Source of the DNA: Trichosphaerium sp. ATCC 40318
Lineage: Eukaryota > Protista > Tubulinea
Direction: 5' to 3'
Assembly (NCBI GenBank): GCA_038496445.1
Contig: JALMLS010000507.1
Span: 558,001-622,000, forward strand
DNA: 64,000 bases
Shown piece after piece: positions 48,538 to 63,005 of this stretch (its first letter is position 1; every line of letters begins with the position of its first letter). The notes below the pieces were generated by a model. That model was not told the DNA's origin, did not search any database, and was given only the letters and a program-made list of their open reading frames with translations. The translations under genes were made by a program, and so were the position numbers.

Positions 48538-51500
48538 CTACTCTACTGTGTACGCATGTACTTTCTTAGACTTAGTTTCTTTTGTTTCTGGTGGATTCAC
48601 AGATAACGTCAAAATAAAGCTTCCAGATACTGTATGAGATGTTCCCGACTTGGGATTAATACCACTCACTTGATCAAAAATAATGGACACAATGTCTGAC
48701 TCGACCTCTACAACCTTTGTTAGCATGTAACACAAAGCCTAGCTATGAAGTAAAACATAGAGTACGTACCTTCTTGTATGAGGTGAATAATAGAGGGTTG
48801 GAGCTTAACAGCACCCTATAAAAGTTGTAAGAAAAAAAGCGGAATAAAAGAAAAAAACATAAAACAAAGAAGTGACTGCTTGGTGCCATACCATGAACTC
48901 GTCTTTGCCGAATTTATCATAATCAAATATAATGACATGAAGGTTTTCAGTATAAGGAACTTGTGTGATATACTGCTCAAGTTGCCAGGAAGGATTACAT
49001 GTCTTTTTCTTTGTTTTTGATTTCCAAAGTTTGTTTTTCATATCAGGTGTATACATCACAATGTAAGGATCAGAACTTCCTGATAAAATCGTCATACACA
49101 AAATCTTGCACGTACATACTAACAAGTACAAGAGAATTCGACAAAATAATTTCGATGACGAATTCTGCGCTTCGAAGAAAAAATCCGGAGTAGACAATTT
49201 TTTTTCGCATGCTACAACAAAAAAACAAGTTCCAGTTCTCATTCAAACCCGAGTTTCCTCCAGCCCCACAGAAAGATACTACGTTATTTCGCTGAAAGAA
49301 TGGTATTTTTCAAGGCGTGGGGGAAAAAGAAGATGAAGAATTTGAATGATTTGAACCGTCACGTTGATGAGACAACACTAGGCAATTTCTTGCTTAGGGT
49401 TAGCCTTACATCAAGGTATAAAAGAAAGGTTTTTGCGCTATATACATACTAGCTCTAGAGCTTCGTTTACCATTGATATCCTTAGCAGCAAGCTCAATGC
49501 CCTTCATTCCCCATATTGTAATATCACATGTACTATTTTTAGGATAATTGTCTTCAAGCTTGTACAACCTGTCCATCATTGCAGGAGATAAATGCTTTGC
49601 ATTCTCGGATTCTACTTCAGAATTTGGTACTCTGATCTCACTTGATAATCTCTGGGTATTGATTGGATCTTGAAATTGTAAAAGACAAATATTGAACGAA
49701 ACTTCAGAATGGTAAAAAAGGGTAAAAAAGGATACATTCCAATTCGTCTTTACCAAAACCAAAGGTTTTAATTAACCCTTCGCACTTGGTACATGTCTTG
49801 ACTGGATCATCAATACCAAATAGCGCTGGTACACAGTATTCCTCAGGTGTGAAGCACGTTTTCTTGTCACAGAGAATGCAACTGCAGATTGGACAAACAA
49901 ACTACCACAAGATTAAAATAACTACAACCAAAAAATACAACGTACTTTCTTCTTGCCTAACTTTTTACTACAGAGATTACATTTCCTCTTATTCTTATTT
50001 GGATTTCCAACTATCACAAAGTTAACAACGTATATATACTAAAACTTTAATATAAAGCATACCAATAACTTGAGAACGAAGCTTAGTAGCAATAGAAGAT
50101 GATAACATTGGTAATGCAACCAATTTATAATTACTATCTCTCTTTTCTTTAGCCTTAATAGCCTGGACGTTATCTCTAATGTAATCAATACACTTTTTTC
50201 TAAAGCAAGCATTAACAAATAAACTATAAGTATTATCAATACCTCAAATGTTTAGCACCAATATTATGTGCAGCTATAATAATTCTTGTAACATTTTCTG
50301 GTTTTAGATCCTTAGAACATTCTCTCTCGTAATGTTGCTGTTTTTTCTGTACCACAAGTTTCGTTAGTGAGGTTATTATAACGTTGTAATAACGCATACC
50401 TTGTCTTTAAATGTATGTGCAAGAACCATCAATGCTAAATCTTTCTTTTCCTTCATCTTCAAGTGTGCGTCAACGTAAGCCATGAAATCGGCTTTAAGTT
50501 CATATGGCCAACTATCTGTTTCACCAGCCTTAACAAGGGCGGTTAAAAAAATGCTTCTCATAACTTCTCGCTCTTTTGCTCGTACCTGCTTTGGGATCTC
50601 TATCAATTTCTCAAGGAGGTACTTAAGTACACCTTGTTGAAAGTTGTAGAATGGGTTGTTTTTCGGCAAGGCTACCCATTTATAAGCTTTCACTCCCCTC
50701 CCCAAGTTACGTACCGATAATGTGTGATTGGATAGCTGGTTGAACAACAGGTGAATTAGCTGGTTGCGGACTTCCACGCAGAATTGATGACGCTGATCGT
50801 ACTGGAGGTGCATCCGAACCACTATTGCAGCAATTAGAAAGACAAATGAAAATCTAAATGAAAGAACATACGGTAGTACTTGAGGCATTTGGTCACCAAG
50901 TATTACCGACATTCTAAGATTACGTTACTACACTACTTTTTTTTTTTAATCACGTGCTTTCTTGCTGAAGGAGAATGAGAAACTGGTGCCATACCAGCAA
51001 GTGGATTTGGTACGCTAGTTACTGTAGTTGGGTCGTGAATTTGTTGCCACATTTGTCCTTCTGTAAAAGAAAAGAATATGAGCTTAACGTCGTAATACAA
51101 ACTTCTCAATTGTACGTACCGCGTATTAATAGATCATAAACATAACCTATGCCTGCTACATCAACCTCAATATCATAGATATCCTTGACAATGAAAGATA
51201 TAGCTTTAATTTTAAGTGCTTCTTCGTTGTAGTTTCCTGCAATATACACAAACTCTTGCATGTCTATTGGAGCGCCTGGGAACAATCTAACACCCAATTA
51301 GCGACACCCAAACAGTACAGCGTACTTCATTGGTATTAAGCATTCTTCAAAGTTCAAACTATACAAACACTTGATAAAAGCACCAAATGAAGGTGGATCA
51401 ACATCAGTAACCTACCAATATTAATCAAGACGAAAAAAATAAAAAGACTTACTGTAATTTGTCGATTTTGGCTTTCAACCATTCCGTGGCTCAACATGCG

Positions 51501-53550
51501 TCTATTTCAAGTTGTGAGCATCCTTTCTGCTTTATAGAAAGAAAGAAAACGTACGAATAGTATTCTGACGATGCGTGTAGTATGGCACGATGAGCTGGGA
51601 TATCAAAACGACCAACTTTGAATGTAATATCATGATACCTTTTAAGGCAAGCTACACTGTGCAAAGACAATTCGTTAAAACTAACTCTTGCTGGGAAGAC
51701 ATTATTTGTCAAAACCATTTCTGTATGCCTACAATTAGGTTAACCCTAAAACCATAAAACAAACGATAAACATACCTAAAGATTTGACCGATTTCATAGT
51801 CTTTAGCAATTCTCTGAATTTGATTAACAAGTGTTTTAGTTCTGGCCAAACATTGTCCCGTGTAAAGCAATTCTAGAGAAAAGAATAAGCTACAGCGTGC
51901 ACTTACCGTCAGATCTACCTATGAACAACAAGAATGCATCATATAACCTACAGAATGGATCTGGTAGATCTATAACGACAATTTGATCCTCTACATATTT
52001 TGATTTAAAATTAAAGTACTTGGCTAATCCTCTTGCACTACAAAAAAGTAATCGGTTTAGAAACACTAAACATAAAAATTTTTAGGTACCTGAGGATAAC
52101 TTGATGTGCGTAAATATAGTCATCATTCTTGAATACGAACTTGACATCAGCGTACAATTCTTTGTTGTTCACTAATTCTTTAAATTGTGCGCCAAATTCG
52201 AGCTCTTTTGTTTTTGGAAGAGGTGGAACATCAGCCTCTATAGGCTTTGACTCCACTTCTTCTTTTTTCGGCTTCTCGATTGCTTCTTCATCAGGAACAA
52301 CTACATATACTATTAGAGGCGTAAGAAACCAAAATACCATACCTGCTTCAGGACAGACCCAAACATCAGATCTTATTTTTGGTTCACGGGTTGGTTCTTT
52401 TTCAAACATTGCTTGAGATTCGTCCGAGTCAGATTCACTAACATACGCAGATCTACAAGAGCATTAAGTATTTTTGCAGAAAAAACAAGGTCTCAATCAT
52501 ACGCTGATGCCAAAAATTCGTCAACACCCATGTGATGTGCTTTAGCAGTTGTTGGACTTGCGGAAGTCGTTCTTTTAATAGTACGCTGAAATTTTGTTCT
52601 GTGACATGTGTAAGAACGCTTATGTATTTATTCAACCCGTACTTGTTGTTTACTTGTTTATTTGTAGCAAAGTTTATAGTATACGGACCACCAGCAAAAA
52701 AACCGTGTTTTAAGATCGTTGTACCTCGAGAACTACCAAAATATTATTTCAGATAACAATAAAAAAAAGTTTTCGGGTATTAGTTGATTTTTAGTTAACC
52801 TACTTGGCCTGCCACGCTGTTTCAAGTAATTGTGTTGTATAGTTATCATAGTCAACCCACACTTTATCATTTTGCCATTTCCAATATATTTTTATTGGTC
52901 TAGGAAAATGGGTTTTAATACTTTCCAAAAAAACACATTGCATGATGCACTAGAAAAAAATAAAAAAGTACTTACGCTTTTTTAGGAGCTGCAGGAGTAA
53001 CATTTGATGAAGATCCATGGCGCTTACCGCGTACTTTGTCCAATCCAACTGGCTTACGCGATGGTTCGCCACGTTTGACGCCAACTTGATGAGCATTAGT
53101 TAATAGATTGAAATGAAAAACAAATTGTGCCAAATGTTTAAATTACGTACAGCTGACCAATTTAATGTTACCAGGTATTTTCTTTGTAGGATTCTTCAAT
53201 GTAGCTGGCTTTGCCAGATGCAAAGGTACTCTAGAAGGCGGTGGAGCTTGTCTCACAGGTGCTGTGTGGAGTACGTTGGTATTTATTCTACCTCCTACAC
53301 CAAGAGGTTGTGATGGCTGTGTTGTATTAAAAGCGAATGCTGGTGGAGCTGTATGCGTCGCCGTGGGGACAGACGCAACCCTGCGAGGGGCGCCAGGCAT
53401 TGCTGGAGCTGCTGGTATCCCACCATGAGTTTGGGCGTAGTGAGCAACTGCGTTTGAACGGAGACCCGGTTTAACTGTTATAGTGTAAGAACGATTTTCG
53501 ATTTTTAGTGGTGCTAGTTGAGTAGAACTAGTTCTTACGTTTGGGTCCAA
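48538..53550 (-). CDS. Multidomain WWE + tandem BTB + Cys-rich zinc finger + C2 protein (start not resolved)
   Basis: WKWQNDKVWVDYD (WWE); YADVKF...AHQVIL and YHDITF...AHRAIL...SEY (BTB); CILCDKK...CTKC; LAAKDING-SSDPY...NPSW...FDYDKFGKDEFM (C2). Confidence 0.75.
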
Positions 53551-54090
53551 CCCGATTCACATCGCGTTGATAGTTGGAGGCTGTATTTATTTGTACCATT
53601 CTATTCAAGTCGACACTGTATTTGCCATTTGCTGTGCTCTAGATGCGTTTTAGACTGAAACCCAAAAAATTGGGGTAACTGGACATTTTATAGCACCCTA
53701 TACCAGCACCACCTATATGTATACGATTACGTACAACTGAAGGCGCTCCATGAACAAAAGCCATTTCAATAGCAACAGTTGTAGCCTGATCATAGTTCTG
53801 CCAAGCTTTGGAGTCATTTTTCCACTGCCACTTCAGCTTACCTATTTGTGTTTGAGCATAAAAAGGAGTTTTGTTTCATTTGCACCTGCTCGTGCTCCGC
53901 GTTGTATATTAACCAACCACGCATTTTGTTTCTGGCTGGTGTAACGTTCAGTTGTAAAATTATATTTAGGTTATTTTCGCGTACGCTTTGCCAGGAGGCG
54001 GAGGTGGACGCGCGAGCATGCTCTGTGCACTGCGTTTAAATGTATAGTAGTACTATTGTTGACTTGTATTTTTAAAATCGGCGAACTAAC

Positions 54091-57000
54091 ATGTCGTTCG
54101 ATGGAGATGATCCACCGACGTCTGTTTTCTCTAAACCAGGAGGAGCAAGTAGTAGACTAGAGCAAATTGATGCGGACACCGATATTTTTGGTCTCAACAC
54201 TCAAAACTACGACACAGATGATGTTAGTAGCGTAATTTTGACTTTGGGAGTCTTACAAGCCTTAGAATGTTGTTGTTGGGTTAGAAACCTCTCAAGACGA
54301 TAGCACAACTGCCGAAGATAGCTATGAAACAGAAGACATAGTAAGTAAAAACATTTTAGGTTTAAATCTGACTCGTCAGGTGATTGAACAGTTGGAAGTG
54401 GTAGATGACCGCGCAAGCACCTCTGCTTCGTTTAAAAGCAAACACCAAAAGGCACGAGCGCCTTTAACGCATTGGTGGGGATCCGTGAAGGAGTCTGTAA
54501 AGAAGGTTTTCCACCGCCCAAAGCATTACCATGACAGGTAAGCAACGTTGACAGCAATCAAAAAAAAGCTTTGTTATCGAAAACTTTTACCCGAGTTTTA
54601 CGCGTATGCGCTTTATATTTATCGCATAGGTTAGGCGCTAGCGTTGTTTTTTCTAACTTTTATATAGGACGGTAGAATTCACTAACGGACGGGTGACAGT
54701 AGTTACTCAGCAGCGTAAATTACCCGCAAACGTTATTAAAAATCAGAAATATAGCATTATAACATTTATCCCTGGTACGCTCTAAAATCCTCCCAACACT
54801 CGGTAGATAACGCTATTGTTTGTTTTAAAAATCTTCGTCTCATTACTAGCCTCTGATAACGTTTTTTAGTCGTGCTTTACGAGCAATTCAAGTTTTTCTT
54901 GAATCTTTACTTTTTGATTGTTGCACTATCACAGTTCATCCCAGCGTTGCAAGTTGGTACGTGACATTAGCACGCGATTTTATTTAGTGGTTTATGACAA
55001 GTTGCCGACTTTCAAATAAAGTGGGTATCAAATACCCGTTAATGTTGTTATTTTAGGGTACCTGTTCACTTATGTGGCTCCTCTTGTATTTGTACTCACT
55101 GTGAGTATACTTAAAGAGGCGTATGATGATTTCCAGCGTTGGTTACGTGATAAACAAGTAAACAATACAATGTATAAGAAACTGACACCTCATGGATTTG
55201 TTGCTATTCCTAGCTTTGAAATTGAAGTAGGAGATCTTGTACAGATAGAAAAGGACCAAAGGGTACGACAACTGTTTTACCTTCTTCTTTTTTGAGTTTG
55301 TATACTCACTTACCACGTAGGTTCCTGCGGATTTAATAATGCTTCGTACCACAGAAAAGAGTGGCGCATCATTTATTAGAACAGATCAATTAGATGGTGA
55401 AACAGATTGGAAATTGCGTAGAGCTGTTCCTTTTTGTCAAAAATACGATACTGATAATGATCTATTGACAATGAGCGCTAGTATTTATGGTACCATTAAA
55501 ATACTAGCGAGTTATCTGAAGAAACTAACTTATTATTAAAAAGTTGAAAAACCAAAAAAAGACATCTACAGCTTTGAAGGGAACTTTACTCATTTTACTT
55601 CTGATTCTAAGAAGGCACGCTTGTTTTTGGTAATAAAAGTCAGTCTACAAAAACTAAATGATGATTTCAGGATGAAGTAGAACCTCTTACTGATGCTAAT
55701 ACTATTTGGTCGTCAACTGTTGTTGCTAGTGGTTCGATTATTGGTTGTGTACGTTGTTTTTTTGATAATGTATAATCTTATTAGTATGGTTAGGTCATTT
55801 ATACCGGTTCTGAGACACGTTCTGTTATGAACACCACACAACCAGGGTCTAAGACTGGAACACTTGATACTGAGCTTAATAATTTATCGAAGGTATGTGC
55901 ATGAGCGTTTATTCTAGTCTATAAGTTTCGCGTTAATGACTTCTTGCAGGTTTTGTTTGCTATGATGGGTGTATTGTCTTTTTTGATGATTGCTTTGAAT
56001 AAATTCCGTGGTATATGGTATATTACATTCTTCCGCTTTGTATTGCTCTTCTCTGCTATCATTCCAATCAGGTGCGTGTGGCTCATATGATGTTGTTAAT
56101 TAAAATATCTCTAATGATGTTACAGTTTACGTGTAAACTTGGATATGGCCAAGACGTTGTATTCGTATTATATGATGCGTGATGCAAAGATTGAAGGCAC
56201 AATTGTTAGAACGAGTACAATTCCAGAAGAATTGGGTAGAATCAATTACTTGTTGACAGATAAGACTGGCACTCTTACACAGAATGGTATGGCTGAATTG
56301 TATTTTTTATTTGATTGATTTTCTTGTAGAAATGATTTTCAAAAAATTACATCTCGGCTCTGTGTCATTCAGTGGTGATACTTTAGACGAAATTAGAAGT
56401 TTATTGAAACAAACCTATTCTACTGATAAGAAAGCAGACCTTTCCACCTCTTCTGTGTTCAGTACGTGGCAATTACATAGCGCAATGTCATTTCATTATA
56501 CCGGTTACTTATTTTTGAACTTTAGCCAAATCCAAGATGGCTAAAACGACTGAAAACCGTATAAGTGTTGCACTACATGCTATGGCATTAGCACATAACG
56601 TCACTCCTACTGTTGATTCAGATGGTGTACGTAGAAACGCGAACTACGTTGTCTTACTCATCCTTTTTTTATAGGTTGTAGAATACCAAGCTAGTAGTCC
56701 TGATGAAGTGGCTCTTGTTAAATTTACAGAAGAAGTTGGTTTAACGCTTTCAAATCGTGATATGAAGACAATAACATTGACAAACCCTAAAAATCGCACC
56801 CAGGTACACATTGTGATTGTACTTTAGTATAGGCATAACTCTAGTACTTAGTCGTATACCATCTTGAATGTATTTCCTTTTACTTCGACTTCTAAACGTA
56901 TGGGTATTATTGTTCGTGATGAAGCTACAGATATAATCACTTTTTATATGAAAGGTATTGCTCATTGTGTTTTTCCTTTAGTTGCAACTATTCTAATGAA

Positions 57001-58977
57001 TTTGATAGGTGCTGATGTAGTAATGAGAGAAATTGTTAAGGCGAACGATTGGTTAGATGAAGAATGCGGTAATATGGCTCGTGAGGGCCTACGTACACTT
57101 GTTTTCGGCAAAAAAGATTTGACTCAAAAGGAGTATGATGCATTTGCTGCCAAGTACGGTCTTGCCTCTTACTTGTGATTGTATGGCTGACGCTGGTTTT
57201 TTTAAGGTTAAAACAAGCGAAGGTTGCAATTAAGAACCGTAAGGTTAATGTGCAAAAGGTTATTGAAGGCTTAGAGAAAGGACTTGGTACGTCATTGATG
57301 GGTGCTCTTTTTTTGCTTACATTTATGATAGATCTCATTGGTTTAACTGGTGTTGAAGATAAACTCCAAGAAGGCGTTAAAGAGACACTTGAAACACTCA
57401 GAAATGCTGGTATCCGTGTTTGGATGTTAACTGGTAAGTCTCAATACTCTTTTGCTTCATCAAGACTGTCCATGCGTTAACAATGATACTTAGGAGATAA
57501 AGTGGAGACTGCAACATGTATCGCTATATCAGCGCGTCTTGTGTCTAGACATCAAACAATCTTTCAATTTCAAGTTAAATCAGCAGCTGATGCACAAGAT
57601 CTTATCGATAAATTCGCTACTAAAAAAGATGCAGCGCTAGTTATTGATGGAAAGTCATTACAAATGTGTCTGGATAACTTTCCAGAACATTTTGTAGAAA
57701 TAGCTTGTAAAGCACCATCCGTACGCACCTTTTAACTCTTAATGTTTTTTTTTTTACTAGTAACTTATATTTTTAACTTAGGTTGTTTGTTGTCGTTGTA
57801 CACCAACACAAAAAGCTGAGATTGTTAAACTTATCAAGGACCATACTGGTAAGAAGACATGTGCTATTGGAGATGGTGGTAATGATGTATCAATGATCCA
57901 AGCAGCGGATGTTGGGTTAGGTATGTGAAAGGATTTTGGTTGTATTTCATTAGCTTATACTTGTGTTTTTAGGTATTGTAGGAAAAGAAGGAAAGCAAGC
58001 TAGCCTTGCTGCTGATTTTTCAATCAATAAATTCCATTACATCAAGCGTCTCATTATTTGGCATGGAAGAAACGCCTGTGCGTTCTTTTTTCTTTCTTCT
58101 CTTTAAAGTCTTGCACATTTTTTTTTTGCTTATGTTTGTATGTTTAGACAAACGCTCAGCCAATTTGGGTCAGTTCGTTATTCATAGAGGTCTTGTAATT
58201 GCTTTTATTCAAGCTGTGTTTTCTGCCATTTTCTACTTTGCTGCAGTAACCATCTATAACGTACGGACCTTTTGACCCCTCATGCAATTTTATTTTTATC
58301 ATTTTTACTTATTCATATCGTAGGGTTGGTTGATTGTTGGGTACAGTACTTTCTATACTATGATGCCAGTCTTTGCTCTTGTATTTGATAGTGATGTATC
58401 AGAGAGTATTGCTTTTCAGTACCCCGAACTTTATAGGGAGTTACAAAAGGTATAAGTTGTGAATTCGTTAAGTAACTCTGATGGTTGTTAACTTTTTTTT
58501 TTCAGGGTCGAGCGTTGTCGTATAAAACCTTTTTTGTATGGGTATTACAAAGTTTGTACCAAGGCGGTGTTATTATGGTTTTGGCTATTGCATTATTCGA
58601 AAGTCAATTTATTAATGTGGTTGCTATTACGTTTACAGTATTGATACTAACTGAATTGCTTAATATCGTTCTGGAGATTCACATTTGGAATCTGATCATT
58701 ATCTTGAGTTTGGTTCTCTCTGTGGTAATTTACTTTGTTAGTATGGCTGTTCTTAAGACGTACTTTGATCTATCATTTGTATTGACGCTGCCATTCTGGT
58801 GGAAGGTACTTTCTCGTTGCTTTGACGAACAAAATTCGAGTTTTTTTTTTGATTGTTCTTACTCTGACGCTTTGTTAGGTTGCTACGATTCTAGCAGTTG
58901 CAGTAATTCCAGTGTATATTATCAAGATCGGCAAGCGTAAACTCGATCCTCCAGCTTACTCAAAACTCAAAGAGTGA
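54091..58977 (+). CDS. ATP9: P4-ATPase phospholipid flippase, class II (ATP9/NEO1)
   Basis: [58 protein letters not shown]. Confidence 0.95.
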
Positions 58978-59220
58978 GAGGTCTGAGAAAACGAAAAAAA
59001 CCAAAAAAAAGATACTATTTTTTTTTGTGCACAACTTACTATCAAAAAAACTCCGTTGTGGCATTAAAATGAAATAGACGCATAAGACAATAAAATGTAC
59101 GCACTGTGTGTGCTCTAAACTAAAAATAAAAGAAAAAAAATTTAACCTCTTGTACACGTGAGAAAGTGAAGTTTATTTGCGGGTTTTCTTCGTGTACACG
59201 GGATTGCGTGGCATGCGTGT

Positions 59221-59781
59221 TTATACGCCAAGTTTTGCTTTGATGGTCTCTGCCTCGTTGAAGTCTTCAAGATCCTATAATCAATCAGAAATACTCCTTT
59301 AGTGGTTTAACGTACGTCTACGGTGCCTACGAAGTCATCTCCTTTGAAGATCAATGGGTAGGTTCCTTGTACAGGTGAGTTTTATAAAATCTTTGTCTTA
59401 TCGGTACCTTTCTTGCCGGAAGTATCCCAGACGTGTTGCTATGAAATCTTTAGCAAATACGAAACAGAGTTAACGCCATAGATTGGCTTTTGAAAAAAAA
59501 AGAGTAATCTTCAATTCACAATCGTTGTGCTTTTTCAGTGGTCGTACCTTCTTTTCGCCTTCAATATCGAGGTAGACTTTCTTACAGGTGGCTCCTAAGC
59601 AAAAAGGTTGGCCCTTTTTTCGTAACCGACTTTCGTACCAGCTCCCTTGATCAATAGTTCAGCTCTGGCTTCACCCTTTTGAGCGGCGGTGCCTCCGGTG
59701 GTCTTTTATTTTGAGGGTTAGTCTTCATTTCAATGCATTACTTTTGGGGCGTACCGTTGAGTAGATAATAATGTCGCACAT
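59221..59781 (-). CDS. SH3BGR/glutaredoxin-like small protein (6 exons)
   Basis: Reconstructed MCDIIIYSTTTGG...CKKVYLDIEGEKKQHVWDTSGKKGTYPLIFKGDDFVGTVDDLEDFNEAETIKAKLGV; no CxxC. Confidence 0.8.
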
Positions 59782-60077
59782 GAGAGTTGTTGTTCACTTC
59801 GTTGAGATGTTGAATACTTGACTGGTGTAAGCGCTATCTCGCTTAACACTGTTTTAAAGATAAGTTGCCTAGCGCCATCATGACGCATAAAACCTTGTGT
59901 TCTTACTCAATCTTGTAGAGCTACAGGACAGGTTCACATTCAGAAATACGAGTTTGAGCAGAGCCTTACGAGGCCTTTGTACTCTTGCAAGCGGTATTTT
60001 TATCGATTCAAAGCTAGTTAAGTAATAAGGAAATCCTTAAAGATCTCTAATCTGAACAAATACAAACCGAAATTGAA

Positions 60078-61201
60078 ATGGGTTGTTGCCTCTCTGCCTC
60101 AACAACAAGAACTGTTCAACAACAGTCTTCGAGACAATTAAAGGTAGTTCTCGTTGGTAACATTAATGTTGGCAAAAGTACGTTAGTATGTTTGTCTTAC
60201 ACCCGTTTTGCGTCGCTTGACAACACGTGGGTGACCATAGGTCTTTTTTGATCCAAAGAAAATTAAAAAACTCGAAATAGCCAACAAAAACACGTGCCTG
60301 TGTATAAAAAAGTTAATGTTGTTGTAGCTTCGCTTATTATTAGATTTGCTCAAGACCGCTTCAAGAACGAAAAAGAAGAAATTGAAAACAGTACTGTGAG
60401 GTATGGTAACAACAAAAAGAACAAAAGAGAAAAACAACACGAGTATTTTTCTCTTGTTTTTACTCACAGAGAATCACTATTGAAATTGACGGAACTTCAG
60501 AAAAACTGTGAGGTCTATAGGAGGTAATAAAGCTACAATAGATATGTACGTTGTTATTATAAATGGTCACGTGATGCTTGACTAATAATTTTGTTAAATA
60601 AGATACGATACAGCAGGCGAGGAAAAGCATAAAATGATAACAGTACGAACCAGTTATTTAGTCCTCTTACTGACTATCTACGTCAAAGAGTAGTCTATTT
60701 AGGAACGCTGCGGGTATTATCCTTGTGTTTGATTTAAAGAATCCAGACAGCTGGGAACAAATAAAATCTACATGGTACGTCATTATATCGTGATTATTTT
60801 CAGGAGGTCTTTTTTGCAAGGTGTATCTTAATGATATTAAAAGGGATGAAGTTGCGTTTTATCAAACTAAGGATATACGCGTTAACAAAATACTTATCGT
60901 ACGTATTAGCATTACTTCAATAAAAGAAGAAATCGAACAAGTTACTTCTAAAAAATTGACGTATTTTTTATCAGGGAAACAAAACTGATCTTGGCAAGGC
61001 TGTTGATTCTGAAGTAGTAAAAGCGTGGGCAATGGATGTCGGTGTTGAATATTTTGAAACAAGCGCAAAGACAGGTCACGTGATTTTGACAAAAAAAACA
61101 AAGAAAAAAAAATTAAAGGTTAATTAGGCAGTGGCGTTTCTGATGCTTTTACTAAACTGGTAAGTAGAATGGTTGATGATAACGATTACAGTGATATGTG
61201 A
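60078..61201 (+). CDS. Rab-like small GTPase with N-terminal MGCC acylation motif
   Basis: KVVLVGNINVGKT, YDTAGEE, GNKTD, ETSAK; no C-terminal Cys. Confidence 0.88.
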
Positions 61202-61475
61202 AGTGCAAAGATCAAACAAATAAAAAGCCCAAAAGGGCGTTGTATTTTTAGAACCAAACGACACCAAAACTACGTCCCACGCACTGGAACTCGCCATAAT
61301 GGTGGCTTGTAGGATAGTTTGCGTGGTAAATTTTCGTCAAAAAAGATCTTTGCTTGCCTTTATACCATGCTTGATAAGCCGATGCGTGTAGTGAAGATTT
61401 CGCTTTTTTAGTTTGTTTTGTCTAAGTCAGCGTCCTTCGCTTTTTTTAGCCAATTTTAGCAAAAGTGATTAGCCA

Positions 61476-62969
61476 ATGGATTATTTCCGCTATTTATTAG
61501 TAATTTTTGCGCTAACATTATGTTGTCTGGCTATCCAGAGCTCACCAGAGGTGACGTGCTCTGAATACGCTCATTGTGACACTTGTGCTAAAGCAGCTTC
61601 TTGGATAAGCAACTGTAGATGGTGCCCACGTGATCAGAGATGCCATGCGTTTGGTTCTCTTTTGAATCCTTGCCATGCAGATGAAAACATAAAGAACCCA
61701 AAGTATTGCCCACCTAATCGTACGCACACGTGATTTTTTATTAAACAGTAAAGTTTTTATGGCGTATTGTGGAGAAATTATTAAAACAAGAAAGGAAAAT
61801 TTATAATACTATTCGCTTAGGCAATCACACAACAGAATACAACGCTCAAGTAGCGTACCAAATGCTTCGTTATTCAAAATCAGCGTATTCTACAGACAAG
61901 GAAGGTGATCCAGATCCTTCGAGTTCACCTTACTTTCCAGCAAATGCTACGTACATTAAGGGATGGACATTTAAACTCGTTGGTTCGGGCTCTTCTTTTG
62001 GGTTTTTGGCAATAGACAAAGAAAATGAACAAGTTGTTCTATGCTTCCGTGGTTCAACAGACTATTATCAAATCGTTGATGAAGTGCTCCACTCGTACGT
62101 TAAAATAATAAAGACGAAAGTTATTAACACATTTCGTAGGTACGGTGTTAAATATCCATCGTTCCCAGGTAAGTATCCAACCAACACTGTTTTTAGAAAC
62201 TTTATCTTTGCCGTATTTCACCAAACCTACACGCTACAGGCGCATCAAAATACCGCTTGTGACCTTTAAAGGCATCATTTTTTGTTAACTTTTTTCTTCA
62301 GGATTTCCTGCACCTCCTGGAGTCACTGTAGTCGATTACTTTTTAAGTGCGTGGAAGGGAATATCAGGAGACCTAGAAGCAAGTCTTCCGCAAGTAATGA
62401 AAGATCATCCTACCTATAGACTTTTAATCACAGGCCATTCTTTTGGTGGAGCAATAGCGTCATTGACAGCTTTTGGTTTAGTAAGAAGAAACTTAGTAGA
62501 CTCCAAAAAAGTATCCCTCTATACCTTCGGCCAACCTAGAACAGGAAACATCGCTTACGCTAATATGCATAGTAAACTCATACCTGATGCTTATCGGGTA
62601 GTAAATAATCGTGACCCTGTTCCTCACGTGCCAATATGTACACCAAAAGCAGATACAACAAAACAAGAATGTGAATTTACACTTGATTCTTTCCAACCTT
62701 GGCATGCAAAGACAGAGATTTATTACGATAAGGGTGAGTATGAAAAGGGAATAATGTGTACTTACAGAGAGTGCGTATTACCGCCAATGGGTGAAGATCA
62801 CTCATGTTCGGATGGACTTATTGATTTCCCTGCTGAAGTGTTTTTACCTGGTCTTACGATTGTGGAGAGGATAAAACTGATTGTTGATTGGGCAGGTGAT
62901 TTAATAGATCAACATTCTGAGTACTGGGATGTACTTGAATACGGATTTTGTGGTATAAGAAAGCCATAA
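61476..62969 (+). CDS. Secreted class 3 lipase with N-terminal PSI-like Cys domain
   Basis: Signal peptide; C..C......CRWC....RC; FRGS, TGHSFGGA, YTFGQPRTGN, RVVNNRDPVPHVP. Confidence 0.92.
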
Positions 62970-63005
62970 AGAATAAAACAAAAAACTTTGTTTGTTTTTT
63001 TTTTT

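Noticed and set aside
55615-55670. GC donor in the ATP9 gene
   Set aside because: An in-frame GT donor at 55630 is equally possible
60470-60520. Apparent GA-AG intron or in-frame stops in the GTPase gene
   Set aside because: A canonical intron ending at CTTCAG (60500) restores the frame KTVRSIGGNKATIDIYDTAG
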